Below, piece after piece: positions 21,601-29,812 of a stretch of 64,000 bases of DNA; positions within the stretch are counted from its first letter, which is position 1, and each line of letters starts with the position of its first letter. The position numbers and the translations under genes were made by a program. Source of the stretch: a bacterium (lineage in GTDB: Bacteria; UBA8248); the NCBI GenBank assembly GCA_965261085.1, contig OZ253442.1:2400001-2464000 (forward strand), in the 5' to 3' direction. Under the pieces are notes generated by a model. That model saw nothing but the letters and a program-made list of their open reading frames with translations. It had not been told where the DNA came from and did no database searches.

Positions 21601-23098
21601 CCGCCCGCGTCCCGCATCCGCAGGCCTCGCCGAGACGGCGGCCTTCATGGAAGGTGAGAAGCGGATCCTAGTCTTCTCCATGGCCGGCGGCACGGGTAGG
21701 AGCTACCACGCCGACCTGGGCTGCGCCAACACGCAGCGAAGGGTCCACTACCTGCTGGAGCCCGGCTGGCGGGCGGATCAGGCGATCCAGGGACTCGGCC
21801 GTACCCACAGGACGCACCAGGCATCTGCGCCGCTGTTCCGGCCCGTGACCACCGACGTCAAGGGCGAGCGGCGCTTCATCGCCACCATCGCGCGGAGGCT
21901 CGACTCCCTGGGCGCCATCACCCGGGGGCAGCGCAACTCGCAGACCGCCATGTCCGGGAGCGAGGCGACGCTGTTCCGCGCGGGCGACAACCTCGAGAGC
22001 CCCTACGCGAGGGCGGCGCTCCGCCAGTTCTACGGTGCCCTGTGGCGTGGAGGTGTCCCCGGCTGGGCGCTCGCGCGCTTCGAGGAGGCGACCGGCCTCA
22101 AGCTCACTTACGAGGGAGCCCTCAAGGAAGACCTCCCGCCCATGCCGAAGTTCCTGAACCGCCTGCTCGCGCTTCCCATTGAGGAGCAGAACGCGCTGTT
22201 CGCAGAGCTCGAATCGCGCGTCGAGTCCAATATCGAACAAGCCGTCGAGGCGGGTACCTATGAGGTCGGCGTCGAGACCCTGCGAGCGGACTCGCTCGAC
22301 GCGACCGGGCACGAGACCCTCTACACCCACCCCGGTACCTGCGCGGAGACTGCCCTCGTCGAAATACTCCGCCGCGACCGGCTCGTGCCCGTGACGGCCG
22401 ACGCCGCACTCGATATGGCCGGGAAGGCCGGGGGGCCTGCGCTCGTCGTGAACGCGCGCTCGAAACGGGCCGCCGTCCTCCTGCCCGCGCCCTCGATGCT
22501 GTTCGACGACGGGGGCGTGCAGGAACGCGTACGCCTCCAGCGGCCCGCCGCCCGGGAGGGCATGGCGAGGGCAGAACTCGATGCCTCGAACTGGCGCGAG
22601 GCGGAAGAAGCCGAATGGCGCGTCCTCTGGGAGGAGGAGGTCGCCTCGCTGCCGACCCATACCGAATCGCGCTTCTGGCTCGTCACCGGACTCCTCCTTC
22701 CGGTCTGGGACCGGCTGGGCGCCGAGAACATGCGGGTGCGCCGCCTCGACACCGACGCGGGCGAAGCGATGATCGGGCGTGCTCTCGACGCCGGCGGCGT
22801 GCGGGCCGTTCGCGGCGCCTTCGGGCTTGACGGCGGGCCCTCCCTCAGTCCCGATGATGCCTTCGATGCCGTCATGGGACGCGGCGAGGTACTTGCCCTC
22901 GCGAACGGCTGGCGCCTCGCGCGCCGCCGCATCATGGGGAGCCTGCGCCTTGAGATCGAGGGCCCCGACGACCGCCACGTCACGGCCCTCAAGCGCGCAG
23001 GCTGTACGGTCGAGATCGTCTCCTGGAGCGCCCGGGTCTTCGCGCCCGACGCAGCCGTTCTCGCCCGCGTCCTCGAAAGCCGTCCCCTCGCGGGCTGA
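18680..23098 (+). CDS. Methyltransferase - strawberry-notch-like SF2 helicase fusion
   Basis: QQFSTP, LEPSAGTG, MNPPF; GDGTGCGKGRQ, FDESH, SATG, AGGTGRSYHA, QGLGRTHR. Confidence 0.9.
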   Translation: MSQVLTADARPHAPRSTAPTKEAALFEAAKALLPVLAAGRPLDKNALRDAMTRAFGASDAEGAWLWKDAYEAAEAAVVLFLKRYGRAMRRRAGAGPEGPAAMLAMLQKLSALEPSHTKRSETQVRLQQFSTPLGIAYAALRAAAIRPGDVVLEPSAGTGMLAVMGWCALGGESALHLNEIASTRAGLLAGLFPEASVTRHNAEAIADRLPGVRPDIVLMNPPFSATPGVARVRHDADLRHIRSAFCALAPGGRLVAVTSAGCVPGDAAWNSVFSSFDPPARLVFTMAIDGRAYARRGTTFDTRLTVIDKSDEPGVDLDPGSRAMDAAELLDALTASVPPRMEPEPAADLFGNTTAPRPVRPKTMRKTDARPTSKAAHDWGPVSELAYEAAPPYGDAAVVGPYAPWKPSVVSVAGAVAHPTPLVQSAAMAAVAHPTPTHRPLLPERIVTEGLLSDAQIESVVLAGEAHDRHLSARYRIGAGWETVRRCTEENDEVGVDAATTEDGEVLSAQVRFRRGWMLGDGTGCGKGRQVTAVILDNRLRGRRRALWLSASANLLEDARRDWAALGGRAEDVIPLSSYRQGADISQDAGILFATYATLRAPAREGKASRLDQVVAWLAGGLGEEDRHGYEGVIVFDESHAMANAAGSRGSRGKVKPSAQGRAGLRLQHALPDARVLYVSATGATTVTGLAYAGRLGLWGAGETPFESRGDFVSAMEAGGVAAMEVVARDLKALGLYQARALSYEGIEVDILEHPLSPEQRRIYDAYAGAFKVIHANLQDALEATGIMQGEETLNRNAKSAALSAFEGAKQRFFGHLLCAMKCPSLIRAVQADLDAGRSAVIQLVSTGEALMERRIAEIPPSEWDDLSIDLTPREYVLDFLAHAFPVQLQEPFTDDEGNLMSRPAVDEDGNPVLSQEALAKREALIGKLASLPPVPTALDQVVHRFGHDAVAEVTGRSRRVLRMEDAQGARLALRPRPASAGLAETAAFMEGEKRILVFSMAGGTGRSYHADLGCANTQRRVHYLLEPGWRADQAIQGLGRTHRTHQASAPLFRPVTTDVKGERRFIATIARRLDSLGAITRGQRNSQTAMSGSEATLFRAGDNLESPYARAALRQFYGALWRGGVPGWALARFEEATGLKLTYEGALKEDLPPMPKFLNRLLALPIEEQNALFAELESRVESNIEQAVEAGTYEVGVETLRADSLDATGHETLYTHPGTCAETALVEILRRDRLVPVTADAALDMAGKAGGPALVVNARSKRAAVLLPAPSMLFDDGGVQERVRLQRPAAREGMARAELDASNWREAEEAEWRVLWEEEVASLPTHTESRFWLVTGLLLPVWDRLGAENMRVRRLDTDAGEAMIGRALDAGGVRAVRGAFGLDGGPSLSPDDAFDAVMGRGEVLALANGWRLARRRIMGSLRLEIEGPDDRHVTALKRAGCTVEIVSWSARVFAPDAAVLARVLESRPLAG

Positions 23099-23197
23099 AG
23101 CCCGCACTTGCGGCCGGCCCGCATACGTATGGCCGGCCCATCTCCGTCCGGCGGGGGGCGGCGACAAATTCCGCCATCATTCAAGGGAGTTCGTTCC

Positions 23198-23491
23198 ATG
23201 ACCTCACAGACACTGCCGAAAGTTACCGACTTCGCCTTCTGTCCCGCCTACGGTCCGGAGGACGCGCCGCAGGAGATACGACTCGTCATCGACGGAATGA
23301 CCGGGAGCATCCCCACCGCCCTGGTCGCCCTCACCCTCAATGACGCCGAGCGCTTCTGCGACAGGCTCAACGCCAGAGTCGGAAAGGACCGGGAGGCCTG
23401 GTCCGCTCTGGCCGCGCGAACAATGGGCACGGCGCAGGACGACGAGGCCGCCGGTCGAGCCGCCCTCATTGCAATGCAGCCGGCCTGGTGA
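23198..23491 (+). CDS. Hypothetical protein
   Basis: RBS and operon context. Confidence 0.5.
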   Translation: MTSQTLPKVTDFAFCPAYGPEDAPQEIRLVIDGMTGSIPTALVALTLNDAERFCDRLNARVGKDREAWSALAARTMGTAQDDEAAGRAALIAMQPAW

Positions 23492-23550
23492 TGTCGGAGG
23501 ACGCTCACGCGCCGGCTCTTTTTTTACCCGTTATCCAGAGGAGGTCCGCC

Positions 23551-24525
23551 ATGTCCCGAACACCATCTCCCGCGGCCGGGATCGCCGCCGTGCTCGCCTC
23601 GCGCGCCGAGGAAGTCTGCCGCCGCTATCTGCCCCGGGGCAAAAAGCAGGGCCGCTACTGGGTCGCAGGCGACGTCGACGGCTCGCCGGGACGCTCTCTC
23701 TTCGTTCGCCTGAAGCCTCCGGGCGCGCCGGGCAAGTGGAGCGACGCGGCCACCGGGGAGCACGGCGACCTGCTCGACCTGATCCGCCGCCGTTGCGCCG
23801 CGCCCACGCTCCGCGCGGCCATGGACGAGGCCCGCGCCTTCCTCGCCCTGCCTGCCCCACATTTACCGGGCGGGGGGCCGCCATACGACGCGAGGGAAGC
23901 GGCGCGGCGCATCTGGCGGAGTTGCCGCCCGATTGAGGGCGGCCCGGCCGAGGCCTACCTCCGCGCCCGGGGCATCACGCGGTTCCGCTTCCCCTCCCTG
24001 CGCTTCCACCCGGCGCTCTACCACCGCGAAGCCGACCGCCGCCTGCCCGCCCTGGTCGCCGCCGTGACCGACTCGGGAGGCGCGCTCCACGCCGTGCACC
24101 GCACCTGGATCGATCCCGATGCGCAGACGAAGGCCGGCGTCCTCCCCTCCCGCAAGGCGCTCGGCCGGGTCTTCGGACGCGCCGTGCGCTTCGGTGCACC
24201 CGGCGCCACCCTCCTGGTCGGGGAGGGCGTCGAGACCGTACTCTCGATCGTCACCGCGGCGCCCCGGGTCCCCGCCGCGGCCGCCCTCTCCGCTGGTAGC
24301 CTCGGCGCCTTCGTCCCGCCCGAGGGGGTCACTCGCCTCGTCATCGCTCGGGACAACGACGAGGAAGGCGAGATGGCGGCGGAACGCCTGGCCGCGCGCT
24401 GCGCCGGGGTTGGGGTCAGCGCCCGCGTCATCGTTCCGGAACGTGGCGACTTCAACGACGACCTCGCTGCGCTCGGCGCCGCTGTCCTCGCCGCACGGCT
24501 CGGGCCGCTCTTCCACTTCGCGTGA
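23551..24525 (+). CDS. Toprim-domain (plasmid primase-like) protein
   Basis: WSDAATGEHGDLLDLI, AEAYLRARGI, VHRTWI, VGEGVET, IARDND, GDFNDDL. Confidence 0.85.
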   Translation: MSRTPSPAAGIAAVLASRAEEVCRRYLPRGKKQGRYWVAGDVDGSPGRSLFVRLKPPGAPGKWSDAATGEHGDLLDLIRRRCAAPTLRAAMDEARAFLALPAPHLPGGGPPYDAREAARRIWRSCRPIEGGPAEAYLRARGITRFRFPSLRFHPALYHREADRRLPALVAAVTDSGGALHAVHRTWIDPDAQTKAGVLPSRKALGRVFGRAVRFGAPGATLLVGEGVETVLSIVTAAPRVPAAAALSAGSLGAFVPPEGVTRLVIARDNDEEGEMAAERLAARCAGVGVSARVIVPERGDFNDDLAALGAAVLAARLGPLFHFA

Positions 24526-24597
24526 GTCGGGGAGGAGCGGGCCTGAGCGGGGAGGGAGGGTTTGACAACCGCCGCCCTGCTGCGCCGCCGTACGGTT

Positions 24598-24957
24598 TCA
24601 GTCCGGCTCGGGGAGCCACCACCAAGCCAGCCAGGCCGGGAGGCTGAGAACGGCCGCCCAGGCGGCTATCGCGAGCGGGCCGGACAATCCCGCCACCAAG
24701 GGCGCCGTCACCGCTCCGAGCCCCGCCCACGTCGTCCAGGCCACGCGCCGCCAACCCAGCCGCCATATCTGCCGACACGCCAGGGCGAGCGGCAGACCGC
24801 ACGGTGCCAGGGACGCCGCCGATTCCCGCAACATCGGCGTCCAGGCCTCGGGCGCCGTCCAAAAGAGCACGGCGGCGGTCACGAACACCCCGAGCGGCAG
24901 CCACAGGAGCGCCGGCGCCCAGAAGCCGCACCGCCTGATGCGTCTGCGGTTGTCCAT
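24598..24957 (-). CDS. Small membrane protein
   Basis: About four hydrophobic, Trp/Leu-rich segments. Confidence 0.5.
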   Translation of the reverse strand: MDNRRRIRRCGFWAPALLWLPLGVFVTAAVLFWTAPEAWTPMLRESAASLAPCGLPLALACRQIWRLGWRRVAWTTWAGLGAVTAPLVAGLSGPLAIAAWAAVLSLPAWLAWWWLPEPD

Positions 24958-25143
24958 GTCCCATCTGACTCGAATTCCGGAGCGGGCGCAAGCTCCGGCC
25001 TATGGTCAGCGGGCGGTCCTCACCGGATGAGAACCTCCCCCCGAGAGTGAGAGTGAAGCGGGGAGTCGGGCAAATGCCCGGTAGGGAGAGGGAGACGGTC
25101 TCCAGCTCCCGCCGCCGGCGACAACCCGATAGGAGGCTTGGCC

Positions 25144-25275
25144 ATGTACGAGAACGACTACGACGTCGACGTTCCCACCGCAGACGAACTGCTCGCAGAA
25201 CTCGGACTCGACGCGTACACGATCCGCAGGCTCCGCGCCGAGGCGGACGGAGAAGTGGAGTTTTGTAGCGTGTAG
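25144..25275 (+). CDS. Small acidic hypothetical protein (43 aa)
   Basis: AGGAGG RBS; MYENDYDVDVPTADELLAELGLD...; directly upstream of ssb. Confidence 0.4.
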   Translation: MYENDYDVDVPTADELLAELGLDAYTIRRLRAEADGEVEFCSV

Positions 25276-25352
25276 GGCGAACTCGGGGGTGGAGAGAAAG
25301 ACTCTCTCCCTCCCATCACTTTTTCACACTCACACCACGAAGGAGTACTACC

Positions 25353-25799
25353 ATGGCATTCGGACTCAACAGAGCGGAACTGATCGGGCGTCTCGGCGCC
25401 GACGTCACCATCAACCATCTCGCGAGCGGCGGGCGTGTCGCGAATCTATCCATCGCCACCGACGAGGGCTACGTCGACAAGCAGTCCGGCGATCGGGTGG
25501 AGAAGACCGAGTGGCACCGGGTGGTCACCTTCCAGCCCGGCCTGGTGGATATGTTTGAGAAGCACGCGAAGAAGGGCCGCTTGGTCTACGTCGCGGGCAA
25601 GCTCCAGACCAGGCGCTGGAAGAAGGACGAGGAAGATTCCGATCGCTTCTCGACCGAGATCCTCATCGCACCCGGGGGGCGTGTGCAGTTCCTCGAGAAG
25701 ATGAACGGGAACGGCAATGGCAACGGAAACGGCGCGCACCCCGAGACGGCCGATGTGGCGGCCACAGCGGGCGTAGTGGGCGAAGATATTCCATTCTGA
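25353..25799 (+). CDS. ssb: Single-stranded DNA-binding protein
   Basis: NRAELIGRLGAD, TEWHRVV, GKLQTRRW, C-terminal EDIPF. Confidence 0.95.
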   Translation: MAFGLNRAELIGRLGADVTINHLASGGRVANLSIATDEGYVDKQSGDRVEKTEWHRVVTFQPGLVDMFEKHAKKGRLVYVAGKLQTRRWKKDEEDSDRFSTEILIAPGGRVQFLEKMNGNGNGNGNGAHPETADVAATAGVVGEDIPF

Positions 25800-25807
25800 T
25801 CACGTCA

Positions 25808-25840
25808 GGGGTCGGCGTTACGGCGCCGGCCCCTTTTTTT
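25808..25840 (+). terminator. Rho-independent terminator after ssb
   Basis: GGGGTCGGCG / CGCCGGCCCC stem followed by T7. Confidence 0.7.
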
Positions 25841-25945
25841 GCTCGTTATCCAGAGGAGGTCCGCCATGCCCCGAACACCCTCTCCAGCGGCCGGGATCGC
25901 CGCCGCCCTCGCCTTTCTCGCCCCGCCGGCCCCTCTCATCTACCG
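25824..25945 (+). repeat. Internally deleted duplicate of the primase 5' region (other copy at ~23510-23592)
   Basis: CGTTATCCAGAGGAGGTCCGCCATG..CCGAACACC..CGGCCGGGATCGCCGCCG occurs at both sites. Confidence 0.75.
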
Positions 25946-26457
25946 GGAACACCCGGAAATCTCCGGTTCCGTGAACGATAAACCGTGTTCACGGAAGATC
26001 CGCATGCACCTGCAATCACTCCATACTCAAGATAGTGGCTCGGTCCACCCCCCGCTGCGGGAATTTCGGGCCGGAAAAGACGGCCCGAAATGACCCTCTC
26101 CGCAGCATGAGAGATTGTTTCACGACGAGCTTTGCTTTCATCGTGAAACAACCAGAAGCTCTTGTGTCCCGGTGGCGATACTACTGTCTCTCTCTTAGCG
26201 TCCTCATTTTAGCACGAACGGCGAGCAATAAAGGGTGGCCGCAAGCGGCCATCATTTTCCGGTACCCCCCAAAAAACGTCGAGCGACAAAAAACGAAAGC
26301 GCCGCTCTATGAAGCGTGTTTTTCGGGAACCCCCCGGAAAATGACGAGCCCTTGATTCGCTCGCCTACGGGCACCGGGAACACCACCCGTTGCCCTTACG
26401 TGCTGAAAATGGGGCGCTAAGAAGCGCATCCGTTAATCCTCTAGAAAGGAGAAAGGC

Positions 26458-26832
26458 ATGGAAACCACCGTGGTGAACCTGAACGACTATCGGCATGACA
26501 ACTTCGGAAGCGGCTGTCTCATCAAGATTGACAGGACGACGAAGTGGGGAAATCCCTTCCGGATCGGCCAGGATGGCGATCGCGCCGCCGTGATTGAAAA
26601 ATACCGGCAATGGCTCTGGAGAAAAATCCAGCAGGAGGAGATTAACCTCTACGAACTCGCCGACCTTCATGGCTGCGAGCTCGGTTGCCACTGCCATCCC
26701 CTTCCATGCCACGGCGACGTCCTCGCACGCGCCGCCGCGTGGGCAGCCGACTACCTCGGCGACATGCCCAAAGAAGTGAAGCGAGACGATCTCGGCTACG
26801 CGCTGCCCCAATACGACTATTCCCTCGCTTGA
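26458..26832 (+). CDS. DUF4326 domain protein
   Basis: IDRTTKWGNPF...YRQWL...LGCHCHPLPCHGDVL. Confidence 0.85.
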   Translation: METTVVNLNDYRHDNFGSGCLIKIDRTTKWGNPFRIGQDGDRAAVIEKYRQWLWRKIQQEEINLYELADLHGCELGCHCHPLPCHGDVLARAAAWAADYLGDMPKEVKRDDLGYALPQYDYSLA

Positions 26833-26853
26833 GGACAACGAAAGGAGTGAACG

Positions 26854-27813
26854 ATGACTGCCACCGCGACACACCACCACAAGGAGAGCATCATGCACGA
26901 GCACACAGAGCACGAAGCACAGAATGAATCCTTCACCGCCATGGTCTGCGAGCAGGCAGCGCTGTTCGGCGCAACCCCGGGACCCGATGAGTTCGACAAC
27001 CGCCCCGTATGGGACCAGAACGAATCCACAGACGCCGTCACTCAGGCCTTCCGCATCCTCGCGCAAGCCGCACCTGACGGCACACAGCTCGCCGACGAAC
27101 GAGCGAATCTCCTCTGGGGATTCGTCAACACCCTGGACGCCCAGACACAGAGACTCGACCGCGCCGCCGACAGGCTCATCCCCGGTATCCGTGAACTGCA
27201 GCGCGAGCAGGACGGCTCCGAGATACGCTCTCGTGAACTGGAACTCAAGACCGACCGGGCGCAAAATCTCTCCAACCGCCGAGACGCCTTCGAAGGGCTC
27301 CGTGACGCCGCCGCCGAGGCCTACCGCACAGAGACCGGCGAGGTCTGGCGGCCCCGGCGAGGCTCCCACGTCTCGCAGACCGGTAAGCTCACCTCGGCCA
27401 TGATCGACGCGCGCGACTTCCAGCGGGCGAGAAAGGACCGCGAGAACACCGCGCATCTTCCGCAGGGGACACTCGTGGCCGTCGCGGGCGGCAAGGAGGC
27501 GAACGACGCGAGCGCCATCATCGGCCACCTCGACAGGCTTAAAGCCAAGTACGCAGACGTCGTTCTCGTCCACGGCGGCGGTCCGGGCGCCGAGAAGATA
27601 GCGGCAGGCTGGGCCGAGCGGAACGGCGTCCACCAGGTCGTCTGCAAACCCGACTGGGACGCACACGGACGGGCCGCTCCCTTCAGACGGAACGACGACT
27701 TGCTCGCACTCCTGCCCAAGGGCGTCATCGCGTTCCCCGGCTCCGGCATCACAGACAACCTCGTCGACAAGGCCAACAGGCTCGGCATCCCCGTCCAGCG
27801 CGTTGCGGCATAG
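26854..27813 (+). CDS. DUF2493 (SLOG/YspA-like) domain protein
   Basis: VAVAGG, LVHGG..GAEKIA..WA, AAPFRRND, IAFPGSG. Confidence 0.8.
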   Translation: MTATATHHHKESIMHEHTEHEAQNESFTAMVCEQAALFGATPGPDEFDNRPVWDQNESTDAVTQAFRILAQAAPDGTQLADERANLLWGFVNTLDAQTQRLDRAADRLIPGIRELQREQDGSEIRSRELELKTDRAQNLSNRRDAFEGLRDAAAEAYRTETGEVWRPRRGSHVSQTGKLTSAMIDARDFQRARKDRENTAHLPQGTLVAVAGGKEANDASAIIGHLDRLKAKYADVVLVHGGGPGAEKIAAGWAERNGVHQVVCKPDWDAHGRAAPFRRNDDLLALLPKGVIAFPGSGITDNLVDKANRLGIPVQRVAA

Positions 27814-28248
27814 GACGCTCGAATCGGCGGGTCGCGTCGTCACCCCCCGGCGGCGCGGCTCGTCGCCTTACCCGTCGTTCACCCCGGCGCAACTGCCGAC
27901 GCTGCCGTCGCCTGCTCCGTCGCTGGCTCGTACAGAGGCGACGACGCAAGTCCCGCGAGTAGCGTCGGCCCTCCTGTACAGTCTGCCGTACACACCTCCC
28001 CATATTACTCTGCTCACTTCCGTCCGCTCAGTCGCCGCGGCGGCTCCCGACCGCCTCTCTCATCGGCTTCGATTCCCCCATCGTTCGTCCCCCGGATTCG
28101 GTCCTTTTGACGCCCTTCGGCGGCTCCTGTTTTCACACCCGACGCAGCGGGCTGCACCGGCTCCAGAGGCTGCGAATGACCGCGATCTCCTGCGCCTCGC
28201 AATTATGGTTCGCACCTCTGCGCCTTCCTGTCATGCCGGAAAAAGTGA

Positions 28249-28432
28249 TACCAAAATGGTTTTGCGCAGGCCTGCGCACACAGTTGAAAGCTACCATTCC
28301 GGTAGCACATAAACCTGCGCAGTCGTATGATTGATACCAATATGGTATTTCACCTTCGGCACCCGTCCGCGACGACTACCAAATTGGTATTGCGCAGACC
28401 TGCGCTGCGATATGACGGCTACCAGTTTGGTA
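28249..28432. repeat. Five palindromic TACCA-N3-TGGTA boxes at 42-43 bp period
   Basis: Boxes start at 28249, 28292, 28335, 28377 and 28420 (boxes 1 and 2 have one mismatch); CCTGCGC recurs between them. Confidence 0.8.
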
Positions 28433-28529
28433 GTCCGGTCTCAGGGGTCATTCGGAAGGCCTTCGAGGTCCGGAACGAGTGTGTACGGTGTAAAAGAACC
28501 GGAGTATTTTGGTTTTTTCTTAGGCTAAA

Positions 28530-28907
28530 ATGGATGAAAATCTTCACGAAAGGATGACAAAACGAATGGTGCAGACGACACAGAAGAACATCCGTTTCAC
28601 GTCCGAACAGTGGAAGCGCGTCGAAAAAGAAGCCATGGAGCGGGGTGTTTCGCCGAACCGGCTCGTGGTCGAGCTCATGATGGAGGCCCTAGAACGCAGG
28701 GAATGGCCGCGCACCGAAGCGGATATCCACCTATTGCGCTCGGCCATGTTCGCTGCACAGGCCATCATCCGCGATATGGAGAGGGGTGGACGTGAAGAGG
28801 AGATCGAGCAAATCAGCAGAAATATCTCCGAAGTTGCGCCGGAATTGCCGGAAAAATCGCCGAAAGATAGACAAGGTCGGACAGATTCGGCAAACGACAA
28901 TGAGTGA
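28530..28907 (+). CDS. RHH-like DNA-binding protein
   Basis: TQKNIRFTSEQWKRVEKEA..RGVSPNRLVVEL. Confidence 0.6.
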   Translation: MDENLHERMTKRMVQTTQKNIRFTSEQWKRVEKEAMERGVSPNRLVVELMMEALERREWPRTEADIHLLRSAMFAAQAIIRDMERGGREEEIEQISRNISEVAPELPEKSPKDRQGRTDSANDNE

Positions 28908-29416
28908 ATAAAGCCACCAATATTATGGGGTTGTGAGCGATCACCGGTGGGAGGTTGGTAGGTTACTTATTCTAAGGCGTATTCTCGTTGCTTCATGCCG
29001 CCAGCACTCTGTAGCCACACGGAAATAATTGTGAATCCAGCTCGAAATAATTAAGAATGGCCTGGAAAAATCGCTAATTGTCCAAGCTATTTTACACTGG
29101 GAAATCCCCTGATTTACCAGCCATTTTTGCCCGGAAAATTTTGCCCGGTTTTGATCCGTTAATGTGAGATATCGACCCGATAATAAAAAACAATCAAGGC
29201 CAAACCATACGGCGAGCCCGGCATGCGGATGGAACATAAGGAGGTGTTTTGCCCCGTTTAAGGGCCGTTTTTCCGAGCATTTGCAATTATTATTGTTTGA
29301 CTACACCCGCATGTAACTCTTGAACCCATCCGCGTTTTCCACAACGCGTCCTTCCCAATGCGCATATCTTTCGTTGCCCGAGTATTGGACCTGTGAGTCG
29401 AGGGTCGGGACATTCG

Positions 29417-29812
29417 TCATCCTAAATCCTCATAATCGGACACCTTCCGCGTCCCTCGATCACAAGTCGACGAGAATTTGCCTGGACTGCGAAGATTTCC
29501 GACCGCCGCCACCTCCGCAACTTGAAACCGCTCGATCGCTCGTAAGGACGAGGGAAGCAGTTTTCTGACTCTCGTGAGCGCCTCGATCTGTTGGACCTCG
29601 ACACTAATCTCCTCATTGACGCGTTCACTCACCTGCTGACCAACCATAGATCCTTTCGGCACCACACCGAAAAGCACGTGCCTGCCGCGTTGGTTGAGCA
29701 TGGCGCACTCGGTAGTTTGGGCCGTCTTGAGGCGTGTACCCGTCGTGTGCTTGAACCCCAGCGATTCGGATTCGCCAGCTCCGGTCAGCGCTTTGATCTG
29801 TTCAGGCGTCAT
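29417..29812 (-). pseudogene. AlbA_2/Schlafen-like domain protein, truncated
   Basis: GESESLGFK.TTG...CAMLNQRG.HVLFGV; degenerates after about 75 aa. Confidence 0.65.

Noticed and set aside
26250-26345. Inverted repeat TCATTTTCCGG / CCGGAAAATGA as oriT or ssDNA promoter
   Set aside because: The IR is real, but no nic motif or relaxase is recognisable, so a function cannot be supported.
28249-28432. CRISPR array
   Set aside because: The repeat is only 13 bp with a 43-bp period, the spacers share motifs, and there are no cas genes in the window.
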